DNA of 46,022 nucleotides from a virus: IMG/VR virus record IMGVR_UViG_3300045988_121014, positions 1 to 46,022 of that record; one strand, 5' to 3'. Shown piece by piece: positions 37,860 to 46,022 of this stretch (position 1 is its first letter; each line of letters starts with the position of its first letter). The notes under the pieces were generated by a model. It saw only the letters and a program-made list of their open reading frames with translations, ran no database searches and was not told where the DNA came from. The position numbers and the translations under genes were made by a program.

Positions 37860-38139
37860 GTTACCCCACATTACCCCTCACCCCGAAAATGGGGTAACTG
37901 GAAAATGTCAGGTAGAATGGGCATATATTATATATGTTACCCCTGTTACCCCTGTTACCCCTATATTCTCGTATACGCGCGTACATTTTTGTGTCTATCT
38001 CAAAAAATTTTTTCTCGCGCGTATATAGCATATAAAATCGCAAAATTGGGGTAACGGGGTAACAACACCCGATTTTGCCAGGTTTTACGGGCACTTTTCT
38101 GTTACCCCGGTGGGGTAATGGGGTGGTAACCGGGGTAAC
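37860..38139. repeat. iteron array (about 11 GTTACCCC/GGGGTAAC copies) flanking an AT-rich core with a 10-bp inverted repeat; candidate origin
   Basis: GTTACCCCT x3 in tandem at 37936-37962, GGGGTAAC x2 at 38048-38063, four more at 38101-38139, three at 37860-37898. TATACGCGCG / CGCGCGTATA inverted repeat in the AT-rich core. Confidence 0.65.
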
Positions 38140-38197
38140 TGCAAAATAAAGATACACAATATATGCTCGAAAAGTCGCTGACAATTTGTGATTTCGT

Positions 38198-40048
38198 CTA
38201 AAATGTCAATTTCCCTTCCCCGTTGGGGCCTTCGTAAAGGCAGACGCACTTCGCGAGCGCGCCGTGCACACGAACGGGGACGGTGTTCTTTTCGCCGATG
38301 CGGATGTGCCCATGATCGCGTGCCCACGACAGGAATGCCTTATAATTAAACCCGGCGTCGCTCATGATCCGGGACAGCACCGTGCCGATTATGGCAATAA
38401 ACGGCTTGCCGTCCGAAATGTCCTTGTACTCGCCCCAGACTTCCCGCATAGGCATTCCGTCTTCGGCGACAAATTTCGACCGGTTCTCGGCGATAGTCCC
38501 GTAAAGCCACTCGAGCGCCCGCTGATTGGTGTCAACGTCCTGTTTGGTCGGGAGGTATTTCGCGACGTCGGTCGCCGACAGCTGCGTGCCGGTGTGCCAG
38601 ATCAGCAGCTCCGCGAGAGCATCCGCAGTGAGGATCAGCGACGCTGAGAGCGCGAGCTTTTCGGTAGTCGCTGACGCCTCGAATGCCGCGCGGTACTCTT
38701 CCTGCACCTTCTTCGCGGCTTCAAGCACCTGCGGTGTGAGTCCTTCGACAAATTCTTTCCCCGCAAAGCCCCAGTTGTGGGACAGCGTGTCGGAAAGTCC
38801 GCGATAGTCGTCCAGAAGTCGCTCGTCCCCGCATGAGATTTCGATGACGCGGTTCATCGCGCCCGCGCCGGAAGAGTCGCTCGAGATGGGCATTTCTCCG
38901 GTGGTGATGATGGTGTTCTGCCAGGACTTGATCTGCTGGAAAGACCCGTCCTTCGACCCGCGGGAGCGCCCTTGACCTTCGGCGAGCATATAGATTATAT
39001 CGTCAAAGTCGCGGCGGTTTTTGACGACTTGCAGCTCGTCCACGCAGAGGGGGGCGGAGTTGAAGAATCCCGCGGCGGTCTCCAGCCCGACGAAAGTCGA
39101 GTTGAAGTTGCGCACATACCCCTCTGACGAGTTGGGGGACGCCCAGACGGACGCGGCAAGCTTCAAGAGCATGGTCTTGCCGTTTCCGGCTCTGCCCCAG
39201 ACGTGCACGAAGAACGGCAGCGCGTTGAGCGGTCCGACGAGAACGGACGCGAGAGAGGCGGCGAGTACAATCCGCGCGATGGTGCTCTCGTTCCGCGCCT
39301 TCGACGCAGCCCTGAACCAGGCGTCGCGGTCTCCGTTCGGGTGGAATGAGTCGAACACAGCCCTGAACCCGGGCGCGCCGTCGAACTCCACAGAGTCGGC
39401 GTACGGCACGAATTTCCCGGAAGCCGTCCATCCGACCCGCGCGACGGAGTGGCGTTCGGGGAGTCGGTCGTAATTCCACGCCTCGAGGTCGGTAAAGTAC
39501 TTGACGAGAGCTTTCGCGTTCTCGGAGTCGACAGCGATCCCGAGCCGGGCAAGGTCGATGATCTTCGCCGCCGACGCGAGGATGATCTTCTCGACGACGA
39601 CGGTCCGCCATTCCGCTGACCGCTTGAACGACACCTCGAGCCGGACCTCTCCGGAGTCGAGATTGACGAGCCGCCCGGAAATCAGGATCGGGTGCGGGCA
39701 GATAGTCGTGACCTCGCCGAGGGACGGAACGGAAACGCCTGTATCCGCACAAATGTACTTGCCGCAGTTCAGTTCGATGGGCTGTCCGGTGAACTCGGTC
39801 GTGTTGGTATAGTCGCTCTCGTTGACCTTGCCGTCGCCGAATTCTTTCACATAGTCGCGCATTTCCGCCTTGAACCCGGGGTAGCCGATTTTGCGGGCAA
39901 ATTCGTCTATTTTGACGAGTGCGCGACGATATGTAAAAGGATTCTTGTAATAGTTGCTGTAGAGCCAGTTGTGCGGGACGGCGCTCTCGAAATCCTCGAG
40001 CGTCCACGCCGGGAGTTCTTTGATTTTGGGCTCGATGATTTCAGCCAC
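38198..40048 (-). CDS. P-loop replicative helicase-like protein (DUF927/SF3-type)
   Basis: Walker A GRAGNGKT, Walker B CVDELQ. 616 aa. Next to the CHC2 zinc-finger gene and the iterons. Confidence 0.65.
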   Translation of the reverse strand: MAEIIEPKIKELPAWTLEDFESAVPHNWLYSNYYKNPFTYRRALVKIDEFARKIGYPGFKAEMRDYVKEFGDGKVNESDYTNTTEFTGQPIELNCGKYICADTGVSVPSLGEVTTICPHPILISGRLVNLDSGEVRLEVSFKRSAEWRTVVVEKIILASAAKIIDLARLGIAVDSENAKALVKYFTDLEAWNYDRLPERHSVARVGWTASGKFVPYADSVEFDGAPGFRAVFDSFHPNGDRDAWFRAASKARNESTIARIVLAASLASVLVGPLNALPFFVHVWGRAGNGKTMLLKLAASVWASPNSSEGYVRNFNSTFVGLETAAGFFNSAPLCVDELQVVKNRRDFDDIIYMLAEGQGRSRGSKDGSFQQIKSWQNTIITTGEMPISSDSSGAGAMNRVIEISCGDERLLDDYRGLSDTLSHNWGFAGKEFVEGLTPQVLEAAKKVQEEYRAAFEASATTEKLALSASLILTADALAELLIWHTGTQLSATDVAKYLPTKQDVDTNQRALEWLYGTIAENRSKFVAEDGMPMREVWGEYKDISDGKPFIAIIGTVLSRIMSDAGFNYKAFLSWARDHGHIRIGEKNTVPVRVHGALAKCVCLYEGPNGEGKLTF

Positions 40049-40054
40049 GGTTTG

Positions 40055-40657
40055 TTACGTCCTTTCGTGAAATGGTGGAGGGAAAGTCTGTGCGAAACGA
40101 ACAGGCGTTCTTAGTTGTCGCTCCCGTTGCAGCCCCTGCCGCATGGTCGAGATTATCTCGTCGACCGGGTAGCTGCTCGCGTCCCCGCGCTGGATGATCT
40201 CGTCGATAGTCGCGGCGAGCGTGCGAACGCAGTTGTCGCGGAACGGGGTCGACGGAAGGTCCTGCACCTGGTGATAGAACGTTGCGAGTCGCCGGAAGTC
40301 GTCTTTCTCTCGTTCGACCCGCTTTTTCCGTGCCTCCGCCGCGAGTTGCCGCCGCCTGACCGCTTCCGGATCAACGCCCGGCGCTACCCCGAAGTCTTCG
40401 GCGAGCTTCCGCACGGCGTCCGGGAAGGAGAGGTTAAAAATCTTCTCGACGAGCGTAATGACGTCGCCGCCGCAGTTGCACACGAAGCAGTGGAAAGAGT
40501 CGTCCCGGAACGCGAGATTGTTGTCCTTGCCGCCGTGAATAGGGCATGGGCAGCGGTTCCCACGGCGCTTATGCAAGTCGCCGTACCGTCCGAGCGCGTC
40601 AGGGACGGAGACGGCCGCCTTGACCGCCTCCACGTCGTAGCGGGGATAGTCGCTCAT
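40055..40657 (-). CDS. CHC2 (DnaG-type) zinc-finger protein
   Basis: CPCPIHGGKDNNLAF...FHCFVCNCGGDVI. GGGAGGA SD before MSDYPRY. Confidence 0.7.
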   Translation of the reverse strand: MSDYPRYDVEAVKAAVSVPDALGRYGDLHKRRGNRCPCPIHGGKDNNLAFRDDSFHCFVCNCGGDVITLVEKIFNLSFPDAVRKLAEDFGVAPGVDPEAVRRRQLAAEARKKRVEREKDDFRRLATFYHQVQDLPSTPFRDNCVRTLAATIDEIIQRGDASSYPVDEIISTMRQGLQRERQLRTPVRFAQTFPPPFHERT

Positions 40658-40896
40658 GGGCTCGTCCTCCCGTTGCGGCAGAATTCCAAGCACTCCCGAA
40701 TGAACTTCCGCCTCTCTTCGAGCCCTTTCGGCGATTCCTGCCACAGCTCGATGTAGTCGAGAAGGGTTCCGTTCCCGATGTTCTCCAACACCGCCTCGGG
40801 AAGTGCCACGCGTTCCGGATAATGCGCCGCGAACCACAGAATGAGTCGGTCGCTGTTCTTCCAGTAGGTTCGCATTTTCAACAGTCTGCGGTTCAT
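40654..40896 (-). CDS. hypothetical protein (80 aa)
   Basis: GGGGGGTA SD before MNRRLLK. ATGA-type overlaps on both sides. Confidence 0.55.
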   Translation of the reverse strand: MNRRLLKMRTYWKNSDRLILWFAAHYPERVALPEAVLENIGNGTLLDYIELWQESPKGLEERRKFIRECLEFCRNGRTSP

Positions 40897-41354
40897 TTCG
40901 TACCCCCCAGAATCTCGACGATCCGCCGCCCGGTGCACCGCTTGTCACAGAACAGGAAGTCGACGCCGTAAGCGATATGGACTTTGTAAATGCGCTCCAT
41001 AAGCTCTTTCCCGCTTATCGCGTATGGAATTTTTCCTTGCATCGGGTTATGCCAGTCTTTGACATCGCGGATCGACTTGCACCACCCGCCGTGCTCGCAC
41101 AGCACGACGAGATGGATTCCGAGTTCCTTCGCGAGTCGCACTTCGCGCATGAACCGCCCGGAGTCGTTGGTGAGGTTGTTGGCAATTTCCGACAAATTGT
41201 GTTTGCGGTCGCAAATTAATTTTGGATTGTCAAGGTTCATATAGTCGCCGACGATGAGCTTTGAGGAGTAGTGTTTTATTCCTTGCTCGTCGAAGTATCG
41301 GATGACCCCCTCAATGATGTGGGCTTTTTCTCTGGTGTCAGTGATGATTGTCAT
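40893..41354 (-). CDS. ERCC4-like nuclease (junction-resolving type)
   Basis: TDTREK...VGDY...CDRKHNLSEI follows the ERCC4 D-x-RE / GDY / ERK-x3-D pattern. Confidence 0.6.
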   Translation of the reverse strand: MTIITDTREKAHIIEGVIRYFDEQGIKHYSSKLIVGDYMNLDNPKLICDRKHNLSEIANNLTNDSGRFMREVRLAKELGIHLVVLCEHGGWCKSIRDVKDWHNPMQGKIPYAISGKELMERIYKVHIAYGVDFLFCDKRCTGRRIVEILGGTK

Positions 41355-41366
41355 ATTTCACCCACC

Positions 41367-41816
41367 TCAGAACGGCAGCACGTCGCCCTCGGGCAGGACC
41401 TCAAAATTGGGAACGTCCTGAGACGCGCTGGGAGCGTCCGTAGCGGTCGTTCTCACCTGAGGAGTATAGTTGCCCGCCTGATAGTTTCCCACGCCCTGAG
41501 CGCCGCCCTTCGCGCCGCAGAAGTGGCACTTGTCGACGTCACAGATTATCGTGGAGCGCTTCTGCCCCTGATCGTCCGTCCACGAGTTGGTGATGAGCCG
41601 CCCCTCGACGATGACCTGGTCGCCTTTGTGGAAATATTTCGGCAGGAATTCGGCGGTGGTTCTCCACGCGCGGCATTTCAGGAAGCAGGTCGATTCGACC
41701 TCCTTGTATTTTTCGCTCCACGCGACGTCAAAGTTGCAGTAGCTCACGCCGCTTGGAGTCTGCTTCATGACCGGATCGGCAGTGAATCTGCCCTGAAAAG
41801 TGACCTTGTTCAGCAT
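41367..41816 (-). CDS. ssb: single-stranded DNA-binding protein
   Basis: OB-fold N-terminus (MLNKVTFQGRFTADP...), Gly/Gln-rich linker, C-terminal DVLPF tip. Confidence 0.85.
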   Translation of the reverse strand: MLNKVTFQGRFTADPVMKQTPSGVSYCNFDVAWSEKYKEVESTCFLKCRAWRTTAEFLPKYFHKGDQVIVEGRLITNSWTDDQGQKRSTIICDVDKCHFCGAKGGAQGVGNYQAGNYTPQVRTTATDAPSASQDVPNFEVLPEGDVLPF

Positions 41817-42700
41817 TATTTTTTCTCCTTTCCGGCGGCGATTGCGGCGTCGAGGGTCGCCGTCATCTCATTCGCTTCGGGCGCGGAGTCGAACCACTCG
41901 CTGACCTTCGCTGCGCCCTCCTTGATCGAATTGTAGATTCCGATATAATCGACAAGATCGTCGGTATTCATCGTCTCAGCCTTACGTCCGAGGCGCCTCT
42001 CAATCATCTCCTGATTGACTCCGAGCTTCGCGAAGGCGACGACCATGCGGCGGACGCGGTCAGTCAGGGGCTCGTCCGACTTTCCAGCGAGAGTCCGCTT
42101 GCACTCGGCGATGGCGTCCTCGACAAAATCCGCGGGGAGTATCGCAAGAATTCTCGCACGGAGGCGTCTTGCGCCCATGTTCGCGTTGATCTCGTAGATG
42201 TCGCGCTGAGAAGTGAGTGTCACCGAGCCGGATTTCGTCTCGCGGATGTGCGGATTGGTGAAGTTCTGAACGCTCATCGCGTTAGTTTCCAAGTCCCATG
42301 CGTAAGCCTGCATTTCCGACTTACCTTTGTCCTGCGAAAGCTCCTTGATTCCGTAGTCGATGTTTCCCCAGCACCGTGCCAGTTCCTCGGCGAACCGGAT
42401 AGTCGGACCTGTCACAGAAGAACCGGAGCGGTTATACGAATAGAATGCCTTTTCGGCGAGTCCCTTGCGCTGGCAAGCCTGTATGGCTTTCGCATACGCG
42501 GCGGTTTCGTCGCGGGGGAATCTCTTCGCGATGACGAGCTTTCCCTGTGCCTCAGCTATCGCTCTCTGGCTCTCGACCGCGACGGTTCCCTGGTTGACAT
42601 TATCCATGACGGGGAGCCCATTCCCCATAGTCGGCATATTCGGTGTGTTCCAGGGCTGTGCCTCCCCGGTATAAATAGATTCGGTGACTGCGTTATCCAT
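41816..42700 (-). CDS. single-strand annealing recombinase (RecT/Red-beta-like)
   Basis: Sits between the SSB and PD-(D/E)XK exonuclease genes. GPTIRFAEELARCWGNIDYG core. Confidence 0.55.
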   Translation of the reverse strand: MDNAVTESIYTGEAQPWNTPNMPTMGNGLPVMDNVNQGTVAVESQRAIAEAQGKLVIAKRFPRDETAAYAKAIQACQRKGLAEKAFYSYNRSGSSVTGPTIRFAEELARCWGNIDYGIKELSQDKGKSEMQAYAWDLETNAMSVQNFTNPHIRETKSGSVTLTSQRDIYEINANMGARRLRARILAILPADFVEDAIAECKRTLAGKSDEPLTDRVRRMVVAFAKLGVNQEMIERRLGRKAETMNTDDLVDYIGIYNSIKEGAAKVSEWFDSAPEANEMTATLDAAIAAGKEKK

Positions 42701-42718
42701 TTTCTGTACTCCTTTTAA

Positions 42719-43012
42719 TCAATTCGTTTTTAACAGTTCGTTGAGTGCTTCGTCGATCGCTTTGTTTATGCGCCGATGATAAACCTTCGCTTCGCCAATA
42801 GTCTTGCACCACTCAATGTCGCGCCCGAGGAGGTAGTCTTCCACGGTAGCCTCGTCGATGAGACCCAGCGAATACACATCAGGCGGTGAATAGCTCGTGA
42901 ATTTGATGACCGGCTTAGGCTCTCGCTTCACGCCGATCATTGTCCTGCGCCAGTTCTCAACGCCGTTCAGCCCACAGAGCTTCGATTCGGGCAGCGGCAT
43001 TCCATTCAGCAT
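42719..43012 (-). CDS. hypothetical protein (97 aa)
   Basis: GGAGG SD before ATG. Confidence 0.65.
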   Translation of the reverse strand: MLNGMPLPESKLCGLNGVENWRRTMIGVKREPKPVIKFTSYSPPDVYSLGLIDEATVEDYLLGRDIEWCKTIGEAKVYHRRINKAIDEALNELLKTN

Positions 43013-43021
43013 AGTCGCCTC

Positions 43022-43834
43022 CTACTCAATCTCTTTCGCCGCCCACTTCGGCAGCCCGAGTGTGTTCACCATCCCGAACGCGCCCTCATACCCGTACCAG
43101 TTGCCGGAGTCGAGACAGGATTTGTAAATCCCGATAGCTTCTCGGAATCTGTCCTGTCCGCTTTTGATCATGAGGTCGTCGGCTTGCAGGATGTTGATGA
43201 GGTAGGGCGGTTCCTTCTCGACACAGACGAACAGAAAGTTGCACCCGACATTGCGTTCTCTGCTCACAGCCTCCATGAACATGGCGGCTTGCATGTCGTA
43301 TCCGAGAGCGTAGGCTTGCTTCACCATCGTCTCAGTGTCAGCCCTGGCGCAGGTCTTGAGATCGACAATCAGCGCTTTGCCGTCGACAATCTTCACGCAG
43401 TCGGGGCGCGCCTGGCAGTCGAGTCCGGTCATGTCGTCCTGCCAGTAGTAGGACGTCTCGACCTCACCGCGGAGCAGGAAGTCGGCGCGTGGGTTTGACC
43501 GGATGGCGCCGGTCATTTCAGCGATAATCCCCGCGTCGTCCGCAGAGATTACCGTTTTCCCTTGTGCATTTTCCACAAATGCCTGATATTCTTCCTTCCC
43601 GGCTTTCGTTCGCCTGTCGCACTGCGGCGCGACGGCGTACTCGTCGAAGAATCCGTCCGGTTCGAGCACGTATTTGTGCAGTGCGGAGCCGAATTGCATC
43701 GCGGCGGTCGGCGGCTCGGGATGGTCTTCGAGCCACTTGAACTTCGCCGGGGTGTCGCTCAGGAGCCGCCAGAGCTTCGTCTTGCTGACACTTGGTTTTG
43801 CGTGGTATTCGGCAATGGAGTCTTTAATGATCAT
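43022..43834 (-). CDS. PD-(D/E)XK exonuclease (RecE/exonuclease VIII-like, DUF3799-type)
   Basis: ALIVDLKTCARAD...YALGYDMQAAMFMEA carries the D..(D/E)xK and Y..Q motifs. Start at the ATG of MIIKDS after GGGGGAA. Confidence 0.65.
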   Translation of the reverse strand: MIIKDSIAEYHAKPSVSKTKLWRLLSDTPAKFKWLEDHPEPPTAAMQFGSALHKYVLEPDGFFDEYAVAPQCDRRTKAGKEEYQAFVENAQGKTVISADDAGIIAEMTGAIRSNPRADFLLRGEVETSYYWQDDMTGLDCQARPDCVKIVDGKALIVDLKTCARADTETMVKQAYALGYDMQAAMFMEAVSRERNVGCNFLFVCVEKEPPYLINILQADDLMIKSGQDRFREAIGIYKSCLDSGNWYGYEGAFGMVNTLGLPKWAAKEIE

Positions 43835-44117
43835 GGTGCTTTTCCCCCAGCTTTTCAAGCCCCTCGAGCAGGAGCTTGAAGTTCTCTTCCGACGCGAGGA
43901 AATCCATCGACTTGATGAGTCGCCCGTTTTCGATGTATCGGCATTTCGCGACGGGCATTCCGAGCGCGTCCAGGTCGCTTTTGTAGTTGTAGCAGAACGA
44001 CGCGCGAAGTTCGCGCTCAGGGCTTACGCGCCAGATATCGAAATTGGTTTCTAGCTCCGGGTGCTCCGCGATAAAGTCGAGGACTTTGACGATGAGGGTT
44101 GCGAGTTTAGCGTTCAT
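43824..44117 (-). CDS. hypothetical protein (97 aa)
   Basis: GAGGGAGA SD before MNAKLAT. Confidence 0.6.
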   Translation of the reverse strand: MNAKLATLIVKVLDFIAEHPELETNFDIWRVSPERELRASFCYNYKSDLDALGMPVAKCRYIENGRLIKSMDFLASEENFKLLLEGLEKLGEKHHDH

Positions 44118-44319
44118 TGCCGTTGTCTCCCTCACCGAGCAGTTGCCCTTTTTCGATCGCGCTAATAAGCGCCGCCTTATAGAGTGATTTGAATGGCTCG
44201 TCCAGCGCTTCGTAAATGTTCTCGACGATGTTCGCGACTTCGTTCGTGACCTCTACGAACGTGCCTCCCGTTTCGATCTCGCAGATATCTTTTTTGTGGT
44301 CAAGTTTTGCTTTTATCAC
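44107..44319 (-). CDS. hypothetical protein (70 aa, GTG start)
   Basis: GGGAGAAAGGGA SD. Confidence 0.55.
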   Translation of the reverse strand: MIKAKLDHKKDICEIETGGTFVEVTNEVANIVENIYEALDEPFKSLYKAALISAIEKGQLLGEGDNGNER

Positions 44320-44346
44320 TGTGTTCCCTTTCTCCCGTAGCGAGGT

Positions 44347-44550
44347 TTACTCATCGAGCGGTTCGGACCGGCACGTCGAGTAGTGGCAAGTCGGGCAGGA
44401 TGCCCAATACTTGGTTTCATTGTACCGACTGTCATTCGCTTCATAATCTCCGCGATCTGCGTCGAAGACGCAACCACAGTTGAGACAGAGGAACCGCCGT
44501 GTGTCCTTCGGGTTCTTAAGCTTCCCCGGCTTGATGATCTTAATTGCCAT
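44347..44550 (-). CDS. small zinc-ribbon protein, paralog of 44550..44750
   Basis: MAIKIIKPGK...CLNCGCVF..D..DY...CPTC. Confidence 0.65.
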   Translation of the reverse strand: MAIKIIKPGKLKNPKDTRRFLCLNCGCVFDADRGDYEANDSRYNETKYWASCPTCHYSTCRSEPLDE

Positions 44551-44750
44551 TATCTTTGTCCTTTCTTCGTTCCTTTGGAGTAGCACCATTTGTCACACGT
44601 CGGGCAAATCGCGGCGTAGTCCGGCGAAAGCGGTCCGCCCATATGGGCGCCGTAGTCTGTCGCGTCCACCTCAAAAATACAGCCACAGTGCTTGCACTCG
44701 AAGTGAATTGGTTCGAGCTTTTTGCCCGGCTTGATAATCTTAATCGACAT
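44550..44750 (-). CDS. small zinc-ribbon protein, paralog of 44347..44550
   Basis: MSIKIIKPGK...CKHCGCIF..D..DY...CPTC. GGAGAGGTGG SD. Confidence 0.65.
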   Translation of the reverse strand: MSIKIIKPGKKLEPIHFECKHCGCIFEVDATDYGAHMGGPLSPDYAAICPTCDKWCYSKGTKKGQR

Positions 44751-44973
44751 TATCGTCCACCTCTCCTTTATCAATTTTTTCCATCACAAACATCCATGCC
44801 GCAAACCCATACGCCACCGTCAGGGCTCCGCCGACCGCCATCAGCGTCACCGCGAGCGGAATAGCGTTGAACGGGTTGAGCATCGCGCGCGAACCCAAAA
44901 GCACGCATCCCACAACAAGAATCGCGACGGAGATGTATAGCAGGATGAAGGGGGTTGATCTGAGAATTTTCAT
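44740..44973 (-). CDS. small membrane protein (2 TM)
   Basis: Two hydrophobic helices. GGAGGAG SD. Confidence 0.6.
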   Translation of the reverse strand: MKILRSTPFILLYISVAILVVGCVLLGSRAMLNPFNAIPLAVTLMAVGGALTVAYGFAAWMFVMEKIDKGEVDDNVD

Positions 44974-45338
44974 CACTCGTACTCCTCCATTTCTCGCGCC
45001 CTTCTCTTAACCTCCATAATCGCCGGAATCGACCGAATAGCGTCGCACCGGAACACATTGCAGTGGCAATCCTGCCATTTCTTGCACACGTCCTGACACT
45101 GGTCTCTCAGCCAGTCTTCGACACCGTCGAAAGTGTATTCTTTGCCATGACCGTATTCGTCGTCGAACGCCTCGAGAATATCGGTGCAGCCCTCGTGGTA
45201 ACAATTGTCGTAGAATTCGCCGTCTATCATAGCGACACAGCGCAAATAAAGTTCGCCGCTCTGAATGGTTTCGCCGCATAAGCTGCATTTGTGCGATTTC
45301 CGCGCACAGCGCCAGTCCTGACGCTCGAAATTAGTCAT
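44973..45338 (-). CDS. Cys/His-rich hypothetical protein (121 aa)
   Basis: GAGGAGGTGG SD before MTNFERQ. Confidence 0.65.
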   Translation of the reverse strand: MTNFERQDWRCARKSHKCSLCGETIQSGELYLRCVAMIDGEFYDNCYHEGCTDILEAFDDEYGHGKEYTFDGVEDWLRDQCQDVCKKWQDCHCNVFRCDAIRSIPAIMEVKRRAREMEEYE

Positions 45339-45714
45339 CTTCGTCCACCTCCTCGAGCCAGTACTTCTTCCGGCATTCGCCACACTCTGGATCGTAGTTG
45401 TCACGCTCTTTGATCGGGCAGACAAACGCCGAATCCATGCTTTCTGGGCAGAACGCTATCACGCCATCAGCAGTCATGCTTGCCCTCGGGAACAGCTTCA
45501 GAAACTCGCTCTGCCGGGTCTTCCTCGGATGCTCCTTTGCCCAACGTTCGATGATCTCGACGGCTTCGGCGGGATGCCTTTTGATATATTCGCGGCATGT
45601 TCCATAGCCATCTGTCGTATACGCCACGGACTTCATAATCTCACATCCGATGCAGCTCGGGGCGAGTGAATCGCACATTCTTCCATGCTCCTTGAAAAAT
45701 TCAACTGCGTCCAT
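45331..45714 (-). CDS. Cys-rich small protein, paralog of the junction-spanning gene
   Basis: MDAVEFF...C.GCEI...YIKR.PAEAV.I.E.W.KEHPRKTRQSE.LK.FP is shared with the next gene. Confidence 0.7.
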   Translation of the reverse strand: MDAVEFFKEHGRMCDSLAPSCIGCEIMKSVAYTTDGYGTCREYIKRHPAEAVEIIERWAKEHPRKTRQSEFLKLFPRASMTADGVIAFCPESMDSAFVCPIKERDNYDPECGECRKKYWLEEVDEDD

Positions 45715-46022
45715 TATTCAACCTCTTCGTTCCAATACTGCCCCTTACACTCCGCACAAGACTTCCAATTGTCCATCCCATGTTTTTGCGGGCAATCGAA
45801 TTTTTCTATCGTTTGCGGGCAGAGGTCTATGAAGTTGTCCCACCTACGAGCATTCGGGAATATCTTCAAAAGCTCCGACTGTCTCGTCTTCCTCGGGTGC
45901 TCCTTGCTCCATTTCTCAACAATCGCAACAGCTTCGGCGGGGCAGCGTTTGATATAATCGTTGCACGATTCGTTGCCGTCCATGCGATTTGCTATTTCGC
46001 ATCCCCTACAGCGATTGTTAAA
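45714..46022 (-). CDS. Cys-rich small protein. The CDS crosses the circular junction (first 16 codons at 56..103)
   Basis: The track ORF 45714..45983 frame stays open to the window end and continues in frame at 103..56. Confidence 0.75.
   Translation of the reverse strand, partial: FNNRCRGCEIANRMDGNESCNDYIKRCPAEAVAIVEKWSKEHPRKTRQSELLKIFPNARRWDNFIDLCPQTIEKFDCPQKHGMDNWKSCAECKGQYWNEEVE
45968..46022. repeat. 55-nt terminal direct repeat, identical to 1..55
   Basis: Direct comparison of the two ends. Confidence 0.95.

Noticed and set aside
37861-38184. 107-aa minus-strand ORF between terS and the helicase gene
   Set aside because: Its sequence (VTPVTTP..., GNRGNRGN) is simply the translation of the GTTACCCC iterons. 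It has no SD.
1-46022. Genome-wide stop-codon reassignment (TAG or TGA recoding), prompted by the in-frame TAG at 10372
   Set aside because: All long genes (tape measure 1236 aa, helicase, terL, portal, tail tip) are uninterrupted under the standard code. Only one in-frame stop was found.

Overview
The window is one complete, circularly closed dsDNA phage genome. The first 55 nt are identical to the last 55 nt, giving a unit length of 45,967 bp, and one CDS runs across the junction. The organisation is that of a temperate siphovirus. Strong GGAGG-type ribosome-binding sites, a GH25 endolysin and many Cys-rich small early proteins suggest a Firmicutes/Clostridia host (inference).

Nearly all genes are on the minus strand. 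In transcription order (descending coordinates):
- 6501: early-left promoter.
- 6094 to 90: small regulators.
- Across the junction, 45983 to 38198: Cys-rich small proteins, PD-(D/E)XK exonuclease, single-strand annealing protein, SSB, ERCC4-like nuclease, CHC2 zinc-finger protein and a P-loop helicase.
- 37860-38139: iteron origin.
- 37842-37027: terS.
- 37026-33279: a 3.7-kb foreign-looking island.
- 33278 down to 13425: terL, portal, Com-like zinc finger, scaffold, capsid, connectors, major tail, G/GT chaperones (-1 frameshift), tape measure, tail tip and fibre genes, GH25 endolysin.
- 13428-12653: holins and a sigma-region-4-like protein, followed by a terminator.
- 12613-9352: two promoter/terminator-delimited accessory cassettes and a candidate sRNA.

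The plus strand carries the lysogeny module at 6126-9240: leader with a small ORF, XRE repressor, membrane Zn-ribbon protein, membrane-anchored XRE protein, tyrosine integrase, and an attP that contains a tRNA 3' end. It also carries the island operon at 34835-36290.

Most interesting observations:
1. Perfect consensus promoters face each other at 6126 and 6501. Their transcripts would overlap in antisense over a structured leader that encodes a 27-aa hydrophobic peptide.
2. The island between terS and terL has its own consensus promoters, a truncated serine recombinase, a second self-contained 22-aa hydrophobic peptide gene and about 500 bp of GC-rich, repeat-dense non-coding DNA.
3. A tandem AGAGCGCC element occurs at three transcript leaders. 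At two of them it forms the 5' arm of terminator-like hairpins inside the late operon.
4. A roughly 108-nt candidate sRNA sits between a perfect promoter and a strong terminator.
5. A 51-aa mini-gene resembles the C-terminal tail of the XRE repressor.

No rRNA, complete tRNA, CRISPR array, reverse transcriptase or cas gene was seen. All protein family calls come from reading the translations, not from searches.
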